Source: Rhizodiscina lignyota
Taxonomy: Eukaryota
Length of the DNA: 64,000 nucleotides
Direction of reading: 5' to 3'
NCBI GenBank assembly: GCA_010015805.1
Contig: ML978122.1
Location: forward strand, 2,142,453-2,206,452
A model generated the notes under the pieces. That model had not been told where the DNA came from. It saw only the letters and a program-made list of their open reading frames with translations, and made no database searches. Position numbers and translations under genes: made by a program. Positions 36,969-46,790 of the stretch are shown here, in pieces. Every line of letters starts with the position of its first letter. The first letter of the stretch is position 1.

Positions 36969-39284
36969 ATGCTTCACGAGATCCTACTTTCACTTTCCGG
37001 CCACCCGTCACCGCTCTTCGGCGACGACGGCAAGACCGGTGCTGTAACGGCCGATGATTTCCCTCTCGTGTCTCCACCAGAGGCGGCGCTGCTCTCTTCT
37101 GTCGGAAGTCTGTCACGAAGACACAGAGAATTACGCGCACATGCATCGCGAATATCTTCGTCACATCCGTCAACAATATGTCGGGCGATCGCCAGCTCCA
37201 TAATATCCACTCATCTCGCTAGATTCAAGAGCAAAGTTCTGGATGTCGAGCAGAGTATTCTCAAAAGGGATGCAAGTACTGTCGCAGCTTACGACATTGT
37301 TCCTTTGTCTGGAATTGTAGGGGAATTTGAGGGCTGGAAGAGGAGGATGGATTGGTATTGGGGTATTAGTTGTCTGATCCACCCTCTATCGTTAGTGCAA
37401 TCGAAGCAGCTTTGCTGTGGCGCGGATATCATAAACACACTACGAACCGAGTCGCAGACTGGATATCCGGACATCGAACAGGCAGCCTTAGAACTCAGCA
37501 AAGTCGCGGAATCCGCTTGGCTGCGACAACTGTCATCCTGGGTTCTATATGGGAGGCTCCCCACATTTGGAAAGGACGATTTCTTTATACGGCAACAGAG
37601 CCATCAGCATGGCTCCGATTCCGAATTCGTTTGCGACAGCAATCTAATGCCAAATTTCGTTTCTCCAGATACGGCTGCCTCAATTCTGTTCATCGGAAAA
37701 TCCCTCAATCAGATACGATCGAGAGGCCTCGTAAACAACGATCACACACCTGAGGGTACTGTCGCTTCTGAGATGGAACTGCTCCCAATCCATCTCAAAT
37801 ATCTCTCCGAGCTCACATTTCCACTTACAAGCGCCAGCTTGTCTGCCGCGATCTCATCAATCCGCATGTCTCTCTCTCGAAATACACTCCAACGCCTCCT
37901 GCCGCTTTCGAAGATCGTCGAAGTTCTCTGCGTTTTTCAAGAATTCTTCCTACTGGGACGAGGAGAATTCGCGACTAGCCTTGTGACCGAAGCTGATGAA
38001 CGTTTGAGTTCACGTAACCAAAGCGGTTCAGGTGGCGATGGCTTGAGAGGCTTGATCCTTAAGGACCCCGAATTGGCAATTATCCTCAATCGCTCATTCG
38101 CCACGCTTTCCGCACTCGTCATAGAAGATGATGAGGATAGTGATTCAGATTCCACGCTTGAGCTAGCTCGCTCTTTAATTCGATTCAACGTATCAAAGCC
38201 CTCGAAGTCTTCCATAGCCGCTTTCCATGACATCCTTCTCCCTGTCCCAACATCTTTGACTCTCCTCACGCCGTCTCCTCTGGATCTCTTTCTTTCACCT
38301 GCGGACCTATCAGCATACTCAGACATCCACGCTTACCTTCTCTCTATACGCCGCGCGCATCTACATCTAACTTCAGTGTGGCGCCTGACGTCCATGCGCC
38401 GGGACCATCCAGCTCCGGCAGGCCCACCAATCAGTGCATCCAAACACGGAGCGGAAATTCTGCGACAGCGACGAGCAAGGAAAAATAAGCGCGAGAAAGA
38501 CATGCGGAAGGTGTGGGCTACGAGCAGCAAAGCCGTCTTCTTCCTCTGTGAATTGGTCTCTTATCTGGAAGGCGTAGTTGTCAAAGACGCATGGGCATAT
38601 CTTCTCTCATCAATCACTCGGAAGCCACAAGAAAGACCTTCATCTTCATCCTCGATGGAAGCCGGAAGAGACTTCTTGAATTCGAGCACGCGCACAACCT
38701 CCCGGCCTGAGAAATCTTTCCCCTACTCTCCGAGAACTGGCGATCTTGCGCCCGGTGCTGCCGACCCTACGGCTGAAGAGAATATGCCGCACGATCCCAC
38801 CGCACTAGCGAGCCTCCATTCTGCCTTTCTCACATCCTTGACCTACGCATTGCTCCTAAGTAATGCTCCGTTTACAAAAGAATTACGTCACCTTCTCAGC
38901 AACGTTGAGCACTTTGTAGCGCAGATAAAACGACTACAGGCGGCGCAAAGCAACCTCGACCTCGAAGAAGACGAGGGTGTCGTGGATGCACTAAATGACT
39001 GGAGAACTGAAGAGATCACTGTGTCGCGTGAGGTTGATCGAGCAAGGAAGAAAGTAGACGAGGGATGCAGGGCTTGTGTCGATGTACTGGGACAGGTCGA
39101 CAACGACGGGAGCCGTGCCGGCTTGCTAGGCGAAAAAGTGCAAGGAGCCGGTCAGACTGTCGGAACTTCGGGACAAGGCGAAATCAGGTGGAATTGGAGA
39201 CCGCCAGGCGTAGATCGCTTGCTGATGAAGCTAGAGTTTGGCAGCGAGAATGGATATGAAGGGGATGGCGACGATTCCCCATGA
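36969..39284 (+). CDS. Gamma-tubulin complex component, Spc97/Spc98 family (GCP4-like)
   Basis: MLHEILLSLSGHPS start, WLRQLSSWVLYG, ASILFIGK, EFFLLGRGEF, DRLLMKLEFG. Intronless. Confidence 0.88.
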   Translation: MLHEILLSLSGHPSPLFGDDGKTGAVTADDFPLVSPPEAALLSSVGSLSRRHRELRAHASRISSSHPSTICRAIASSIISTHLARFKSKVLDVEQSILKRDASTVAAYDIVPLSGIVGEFEGWKRRMDWYWGISCLIHPLSLVQSKQLCCGADIINTLRTESQTGYPDIEQAALELSKVAESAWLRQLSSWVLYGRLPTFGKDDFFIRQQSHQHGSDSEFVCDSNLMPNFVSPDTAASILFIGKSLNQIRSRGLVNNDHTPEGTVASEMELLPIHLKYLSELTFPLTSASLSAAISSIRMSLSRNTLQRLLPLSKIVEVLCVFQEFFLLGRGEFATSLVTEADERLSSRNQSGSGGDGLRGLILKDPELAIILNRSFATLSALVIEDDEDSDSDSTLELARSLIRFNVSKPSKSSIAAFHDILLPVPTSLTLLTPSPLDLFLSPADLSAYSDIHAYLLSIRRAHLHLTSVWRLTSMRRDHPAPAGPPISASKHGAEILRQRRARKNKREKDMRKVWATSSKAVFFLCELVSYLEGVVVKDAWAYLLSSITRKPQERPSSSSSMEAGRDFLNSSTRTTSRPEKSFPYSPRTGDLAPGAADPTAEENMPHDPTALASLHSAFLTSLTYALLLSNAPFTKELRHLLSNVEHFVAQIKRLQAAQSNLDLEEDEGVVDALNDWRTEEITVSREVDRARKKVDEGCRACVDVLGQVDNDGSRAGLLGEKVQGAGQTVGTSGQGEIRWNWRPPGVDRLLMKLEFGSENGYEGDGDDSP

Positions 39285-40491
39285 ATGCATTGTTAGTGAT
39301 TTCAGAATTATAAATGACTTTTCGATTACCCGGGTCTTATCTCTGTTGCAATTCTCCAACACTGAGGAACCTACTGAGCAGTGAGTCTATTCTCGTACGA
39401 AGACTCACGACGGAGCCTTAAACAAATTTCGCAGTCGGAAAGTAATGTTGTGCCTTTGCTCACGCGACACTGCGGCCGCTTCAATGCGGGTCACGGTAGG
39501 ATCGAAGATTCGAAATACGATAAGATTTTAGCTCCTGAGCTGCGCAAACGCATGTTTTATGGGTTGTTTCTCGAATACCCATTCCCGGAAATAAAACGTC
39601 TCAGGAAGATTATATGTGTAGAGCAAGATCCCAGCATATGCTTTTTTTGGAATATCGACAGCCTTGAGAAATCCTTTCTCTCTAGTAGATTGCAATAGGG
39701 CTGAATTGTTATAGCTTATTTGGTCAAGGGTGCCACCATTGCCGGCTGTAAGTGCCTTTCAAAAAGGTGTCGAGATGCGCGGCGAGGCGGCCGCAAACGG
39801 GACCAACGACAATCTTCGAAAGCTAAAACTTGCTAGGTGCATTGTGTCTGCTTACTCAGTGAAAATCGTTTCCTCACAGAGTGCAATGTCGCGTGCGACT
39901 CAAAGGTTGAACTTCAACCGACATCTTGGTGTATCGTATCGGCCCCCAGATCATTCGAATGCTCAAGTACACTTAGAATCTACGTTCCTGAATAACCTTG
40001 ATTTCGACAGAAATCTGACAAAGAAATTAGTTTCCGCTTTACTCGTAGTTAGGGTATTTCAATTGCAAAGTTCCGATTTGTACTTCTGTACCCCTGGTTT
40101 CAGCATGAACGTGTCTGTTTGTCGCCTAATCAATAAGCATTAAACGCCTTTAGCAATCTGTTCGTACATCACTTCTCAAGATGTAACCTTAGAGCACTCG
40201 ATTTGAGTCTGAACACCGACAGAAGGATTTCTTAATGTGACTGCTTTATTTCCCGTAGCCAATAAGGCTTCTCAAATTCTCTACAACATGGTCCGTACGT
40301 GATAGGAACGTAAGCCCGATCACCTTTAGTGTGGACGTTTTGCCTTCTTCAGTAGTGGCGTTCCAATCATGGTCTGCTCCGGAGCTACAATATTTGGTTT
40401 CTCCAAATCCGCGCTGTTATGACGTCTATCTCTAGGGGATGTTCGTCGTAGCTTCGTTGATATATAAATCGATCATCGCCTCTCATTGCAC

Positions 40492-40560
40492 TTGATCGAC
40501 AGCTCGTCGTTGTTGATCTGCTTCTCAGCCTTGTTGATCTGCCGCTCATTATCGTTGATC
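40492..40560. repeat. Degenerate 21-bp-period repeat (TTGATC anchored) in the putative 5' UTR of the DPBB gene
   Basis: TTGATC at 40492, 40513, 40534 and 40555, exactly 21 apart. Confidence 0.7.
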
Positions 40561-40584
40561 TTATCGTCCATCGTTACGAACATC

Positions 40585-41306
40585 ATGAAGATCACACTTT
40601 CTACTATTTCGATTGCCACCGGCGTTGCGTCCCTGATCTGCCACGCCGAAGCCGCCGCATTCAGTGGGACTGGAAAAGCATCCACACTGAACGGCAGGCA
40701 GACCGCATGCTCAACTCACGATGGTGTCGCAACTTTCTTCTGCAGTGGAACAAGCTCCACTCAAACAACCGCTTGCGGAAATACGTTTGATCCAAACTCC
40801 CCGGGCGTTGCCATTAGCACCGCGCTCATTTCAGACTCTGATCAGCGTACGTTTCTCATGCTTTCCATTCCCAGTGGTAATGGTGCTGGGCTGATCGTGT
40901 TCCGGGTTATATAGTGGCACCATACTGCGGCCAAAACGTCGTTATTGGAAACACAGATAATGGCGGTAAGCAAACACATGCTGCTCCATCCTGAGTTGTC
41001 TGTACTGATAACACTCAGATCAGACTTTAGCACCGATTATTGATCTGTGTGCAACCTGTGACGAGGGACAATTCCAACTCGACTTGTCGTAAGTGTACTG
41101 GAGACTGACTTGTTTGAGCTTCGTGCTAACTTATGTGAGGCCTGCATCCTTTGCCGCGCTTGGAGGCGATGCGGATTGTAACCAAGGGGGTCAACTTAAC
41201 GTGAGTATTTCTCTGATTGTGACAATATTCAAAGAGAGATCAGGTACCAACTCTGCTGCAGATAAATTGGTTCCTCGAGGACGGCTCGAGCGCCTCGTGC
41301 TTTTAA
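40585..41306 (+). CDS. Small secreted Cys-rich RlpA-like double-psi beta-barrel protein (expansin/loosenin-related), 5 exons
   Basis: TATATAAA at 40461; signal peptide. Spliced product reads TACG..GVAIS..YCGQNV.I..IIDLCATC..LDLSPASFAAL..G.LNINW. Introns ~40847-40914, 40966-41018, 41089-41139, 41201-41261. Confidence 0.85.
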
Positions 41307-42726
41307 ATTTACAAATTCTGTTCATCGTCAGACTTATTCAACGGAATTGAATGAACGGAATGATTTCCACGGCGCTGACCTGATATATGTTGCCTTCTGG
41401 CGGGCCTCCGAGGCCCCGAGAAGGGGTGACTGGCACTGTTTTGCTTGAAACGTAGCAGAAAGACCAAGTTCCAGAACCAAATGTGATTAGATTCAATTAC
41501 CTACTATTCAGCTTCCATGCAGTGATAGATTAGCCCTGGTCGCGACGAATGATTCCTGATGTGCCACATGCCAATTTTGTACGATGGCGATGCTGAAGCT
41601 GTTCAATCGCCGACGTAGCCCTGATTAGTACCATAATCGTGTATCCCACGCATTGCCATGCTTAGTGATACATCTTGTATATCCTGAGATAACGGAGAGC
41701 AATGTATGAGAAGAGCTGGTGAAGGGCTTCTGAAATACCTAAGTATCCTATGGTTGCAGATTTTGAAAGTTGGATCGGCGGCACAGCACGTCAACGTGAC
41801 CATATCATTAATAGTTCCGGCAAGAGACACTGACTAAATTAGTAAGTAAGGACAGTGCAAAGGCTCAGCTCCGAGATTGGAACGGATGAGCTTTGAAAGA
41901 CTGTAAATGAGTTACGTTTTCTTCTGAAGTGAGTTGATGCCAGGGAGTAGCTAAATCGAGCTTTAGATCAAGATAAGATTAGAGTAGATCTTCCGATATC
42001 CGACTTCACTCGTCTCTCGTCTCATCTTTTCATGAGCCCTCACGCCTCTCTCGCGAGAAGCAAGTAGTATTGTATTGCAACTCCTCAATTTTCTCCAATC
42101 GTTGTCGCAAAGGAGTGTTGTTTGTGGTTGCGGATGGATTCTGTCCTGCTCGCTGTGGCAATTTCGACTGAAGAGATGAACATCCCAATGCTTACTAGCA
42201 GCGTAGTCAAACCTGTTCAGCTCTTTTTTTTTTTTATCCCTATCACATTGTTGACAGCCTTTAGGGTCATCAGTCTCGTAGCGACGCTTATTAGAGAGCA
42301 TCTTCTGTACGCTCGATGCGTGGCGATCTACTCCACCAAGGCAGGACGCTTGGAAATGTTCTTCTAGTTCACAAATGATCCTAAATGCTGTTATTTGATG
42401 CTCTCTATTCTTCTCAAGAGGAAAATCATTTAAAGAAAAGCGAAGCATTACAAATAATTTGCTGATCGTTATATCTGAAGGCGAGCTGAAAGTCCTTAGA
42501 ATCCTGTAATGCGCATAAAGATGAAAAGTGTACAAGAGTTATGTCAAGGCGATTTCATTTACGAGAAAAGATGAGAAAGAGTATCAGGGCTCAGTGTTAA
42601 GTTATTAAGGCGTGGTCGGTCGCAGCTTGCATGCGCTTGGGAATTCGCCCTGCGGTGATGCGGTGCGCTATTTATTTCATATGCAGTTATATACTAAAGT
42701 TAATTTACTAACTAACGGATCGAAAA

Positions 42727-42871
42727 GGCAGTATGGCTCAAGGGGTTAGCCCCGACTTCAACTGAGCTGTACTTGCTCCTCCTGTCACACCTCCAACCAA
42801 CCGGTTGGGGCTGTCAGGTCTGGGGAATAGGTTCGAATCCCGCGGGGTTGGGTCTATTCTTTTGCTTTTTT
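42727..42871 (+). ncRNA. Candidate RNA polymerase III transcript (A box, B box, oligo-T terminator), three-hairpin fold, not a canonical tRNA
   Basis: A box TGGCTCAAGGGG at 42734, B box GGTTCGAATCC at 42830-42840, T-runs at 42860-42863 and 42866-42871, AT-rich upstream flank. Hand-folded hairpins at 42727-42777, 42781-42818 and 42825-42859. Confidence 0.6.
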
Positions 42872-43485
42872 ATTTTCTTGATTTAATTTTTATAATTTTT
42901 TTTGGAGTGGAAAAATTTCTAATCGCGTGTTTCCTTCCCTAGTTATTGCCTATCTATCGCTTAAACCAACATTTTGCACCTCTCCAGTCCCTGACTCGCC
43001 TGTCCATATTTACAGCTTCCCTGCTGACCAGTGTCCTATCAGTCTCTAAACCCTTTACCTCCTGCCAAAGTCAGCGCCCCCTTTAGTAAATTGAATCTAA
43101 GTGTGAATATGGAGAGGACAGGTAACATCGACATAGCTCTGCGCGCTTCGGGTTCTCGTTGAAGGGACCTGGGAACTCAAAGGATGAAAAGCAAGTAGAT
43201 CTTCCACTCGCCACATCTATAGTTGCGCATTTACAAATTGAGATTAGTATGGTTCACCGTGAGAATTCAATGTGATGTAGTGACATTCGTGTCCAATGTG
43301 GAATCGCGAGTGCCGTAGCCTTCTTTTGTAGTAAACATTATGAAACAGTTCTTTTTCAAGTGTCAGTGACTGTATACATTAATTTTTGCAGAATATTGCA
43401 TGCACGATATATAAACACAGTAATTTCAGTGTATAATTGAGCGCGGTTGCATGGGTATCACTCAAGCAAAGCAATCGCTTCGCCA

Positions 43486-44427
43486 TTACATTCCAGCCCA
43501 TTCGAAGCAAAAGGCTCTCACTTCGCTCTGATCTCCGACTTCCTCTCCATCCTTACATTCGGTATTTCCGCCGATCATGAACGCCTTCTTCACTCCGGTA
43601 CCAAGTCTCCCGCCTCCCACAATCTCCATCATCCGAATATCGTCATCCCAACCCCTGCCCACAGCAAGGAAATGGCTGTGAAATCTTAGGGGATCACCAG
43701 GATATATAGAGTATTGGCACCCAAAGCGAAGCCCTGGCATCATGAAGTAGCCTTTCTGCTGCAAATGCTTGAAGAGCGGATAGCTCGACGGTACTTCTGG
43801 GAGCAGCACGGCAGGACTTAAGTCTGGCTGTGGAAGCGGCGGATACGATGTCGTAGGTGTGACGGCAAAAGAATTTGGCGGCTGGGCACTGGCTACTGAG
43901 ATTGTCGAAGCAGTGTCTTCAGTTTGCGAGGCATTCGAAAACAACGAGCTCTCCACGTCGTCCCCTTCCAATGTGGAGCCTGATGCATCCGTCTCCACAG
44001 AACCTTCTTTGTGCTTTCTGCGCTGCATTGCAATCTTCTTGAGGGCCTTTTCTTTCCTCTCACCTGCCTTTCTCCTGACTGCTTCTGCAGCCTCCATACT
44101 TTGTCTTCCAAGCAATGTCCTGAAAGCAGCCTTCTCGTCTTCACTTAACCCTGCCTCGAGCATTGCTGCTTTATGTTCTCGCGCATCATCGACAATATAC
44201 GCGTGCCCTTGTTCAGCAAGCAGGCGTGCCTCCTCGGGCAGCAACTGCAGCGGTAGACCAAGAAAGACACTCTGCTGCGGGATCTGCGGCAGCGAGCCAA
44301 GCAGCACGCCACAGATGTTGTATTGTCGGCGTATGTGAGAGACAACATTGATGTCGTAGAGGATATAATTCCCCGCTACGCGAAAGATTGGAAACGGTTC
44401 GGACACGACATCGGAGGAGGCAGCCAT
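43486..44427 (-). CDS. SEN34: tRNA-splicing endonuclease catalytic subunit Sen34
   Basis: GSLPQIPQQSVFLGLPLQLLPEEA, PGLRFGCQYSIYPGDPLRFHSH, GRLGTGVKK (catalytic Tyr/His/Lys). Confidence 0.95.
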   Translation of the reverse strand: MAASSDVVSEPFPIFRVAGNYILYDINVVSHIRRQYNICGVLLGSLPQIPQQSVFLGLPLQLLPEEARLLAEQGHAYIVDDAREHKAAMLEAGLSEDEKAAFRTLLGRQSMEAAEAVRRKAGERKEKALKKIAMQRRKHKEGSVETDASGSTLEGDDVESSLFSNASQTEDTASTISVASAQPPNSFAVTPTTSYPPLPQPDLSPAVLLPEVPSSYPLFKHLQQKGYFMMPGLRFGCQYSIYPGDPLRFHSHFLAVGRGWDDDIRMMEIVGGGRLGTGVKKAFMIGGNTECKDGEEVGDQSEVRAFCFEWAGM

Positions 44428-45222
44428 CGTTTCGCTCGGGGGGAGTTCATTGCCGGGAATTCTGAGTGAGGTCTCGTTAGCTCCTTACACCTCTAGGATC
44501 ATGTACGATATTGATGAAGAAAGAGTGAAGATCATAAAGAGCATAGCAAAAGTGTATCGTCAGCGCAGATTTGCTCAGTGGATTGACAGATTATTTTGGT
44601 TCTTAATCATTAAAATGGAGTGTGCTGTGGAAAGTTGTCTGGTACTCACCCAGAAATTGAACCGCTGGATGAGAATGATATACGCCCCTATGCGTAAACT
44701 CTTCATGTCACGTCCATGGTGGACGGTGAGTCGAATGGAAATTTGGATGGACAAGTGAGTGGAGTCTAGAAAAGTTGCTTGGCGCACACTGCTGCAGTCG
44801 TCCAATCAGAGCGAGGCTTGGATTCCCGTTTCAGCGAATTGAATGGATAATTCTCAATCCTTCGCTAAAGCGATAAACTATTGGTCAGTATGCTAATCTG
44901 GACATAATTCGAACGCTGAAATGTTCGTTATAATAAGCTTTAATACTACATTATCGAATATGCAAGTTCTTTTGTGCAGGAAAGCCTCACGAGGAATTTT
45001 CTCGCTCCTCCGTACTCCTTCGCACTTCCCCAATGCGTGGACCAGAAGTCGTTGCAGTTAGAATAACAATTCCCCAGTGGAAGTGATCTAAGGTGACATG
45101 CCATAAACTCCACAGCTTACACAGACAGCCAATGCACATAGCGACTGCCATTGATCATATATCCAAATACTGAAGCCCGCTCTCCAATGCTGAAAGTACA
45201 GAATCCAGTACCAATACCCGTA

Positions 45223-46068
45223 TCACACCCGCTGGGGTCTATCGAATGGCTCCAAGTGGACATCTGTCTGTATGCGTGTCTGGCGGGGGATATCGAGGGA
45301 GACGGCACCGCCGACAGCCAAGCACAACGCAGCGATCAGCTGAACAAGGAAGATCAGACCAAATTTGACGCCGAAAGTTCCAGTGACCGGACTCAGGCTT
45401 GGATTGTTGCTGAAGGCATAAGTGATGCTGTATATGATCCGTGTGGCAACAAAGGGCAGTGCAGGGAAAATCCAGAAGACTAGCTTGAGGGCGAGGCTTT
45501 TGTGATCATGGCTGCGCAGACGGAAGTAAGTGTAGAGGCAGTTGGCCGTGAGGAATATGGAGACGAGGAACAAGATGAGGTATCCTGCTCTCTGGTTGTC
45601 GTGATCTTTAGAGAGCTTGTCCGGAGACGATGCATCGCTGGAAAGGTTTGAGGCCCCAACAGCTGCAAGCGCAATCCCTCCTGTAGTGAGGACGTGAAGA
45701 ACAAGTTGTATGGTCCGCCCTATTTTGACATTGTAATTTGGAATGTACGTCGCGCTACGAGTCGCTCGTCAGCCGGAACAGCTCGAATAAAAGTATGCTG
45801 GCACCTACGCTTCATAGATGACTCCTGAGAGGGCCATAAGCAGAGCGTATATACCAATTGAGTTGATGATAGCTCCTGTTATAGACGTGGTGTTGCTGTC
45901 GCCAATTTGGACGCTGGACGACGTGACCGGCAAAATACAGTAGACAAGGAGAAAACCCCAGCCAGAGTATCCACGTCGGCCGTGTCGGATGAGGACGTAA
46001 ATGATATCGGGAGCTAGAAGGAGGTATATCACAAGCTCTGCGATGGCAAGACGAGTGGTAGCACCCAC
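45223..46068 (-). CDS. Fungal multi-pass membrane protein of unknown function; GTG at the expected start
   Basis: AIAELVIY..RHG..GW first exon, intron 45808-45755, open second exon with several hydrophobic helices (ALPFVATRIIYS). Confidence 0.72.
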
Positions 46069-46790
46069 AGTGGCCGAGTGTGTATGGATTCAGTACTTGA
46101 GAAAAAAGTTGAAGGAAGGGAGGTCAACTCTGAGTTGGAGACAGTATCGAGTTGCAAGACTTGTCTGAAAACCTTATGAAGCTGGAAATCTCGAGACAAG
46201 AGCACCGCGAGGAGTTTATGTAGACGTCGTTGTTTCTCTTGCGATGCCATGATCGACAAGCTGAATAGAACACCGCCACAGAGAGGTGAAAGCCACTATA
46301 CGTTAAATTTGAGTACACAGATTGAAGAGCTAGGGTGAAATAGTCTCGTTTCTCCATTACTTTGTGAGGCTGAGTGTCCTCCTGGCTGCGAGCTGTGCAC
46401 CATATGGGGATAGTCGCGACGGAATCCGATTCCGAGGATCCTTGCACGGACACGCCCGAGTCCGAGAATCCCTGCATTTTAAAGCCCTATGAGATGGGAC
46501 TAAGGAGCCTTTGAGACGTACATATTCTCCGCTATTTGTGCCTCTTCCAGGATGCATCTCATCTCCAGCGCACCAACATCTTTCGAAGCCTCTCCTGAGC
46601 TGAGAAAATTAGAAACCGCAAAGCGTCTGATAAATCCAAGGCGGAATTCCACCGATCGAGCGATGTTGATTCTGTCGAAGATCGTCAAGTAGCCTCTTTC
46701 TCGTCCCGGTTAACTGCACAGAAGGCGGTGAGAAGGTAATTCAGCATGGTGATGACCGACAGCAGATATGCTGATCTTTTTCGGTGTACT

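Noticed and set aside
39381..40143. ORFs downstream of the GCP4-like gene
   Set aside because: Non-ATG starts, no domain signature and no clear splice structure.
41963..42535. 190-aa minus-strand ORF
   Set aside because: Non-ATG start, AT-rich, contains a long homopolymer and has no recognisable family.
42727..42851. Calling the element a functional canonical tRNA or tRNA-Sec
   Set aside because: The acceptor stem does not pair, the T-stem is mismatched, and the long D-stem and variable arm of tRNA-Sec are absent.
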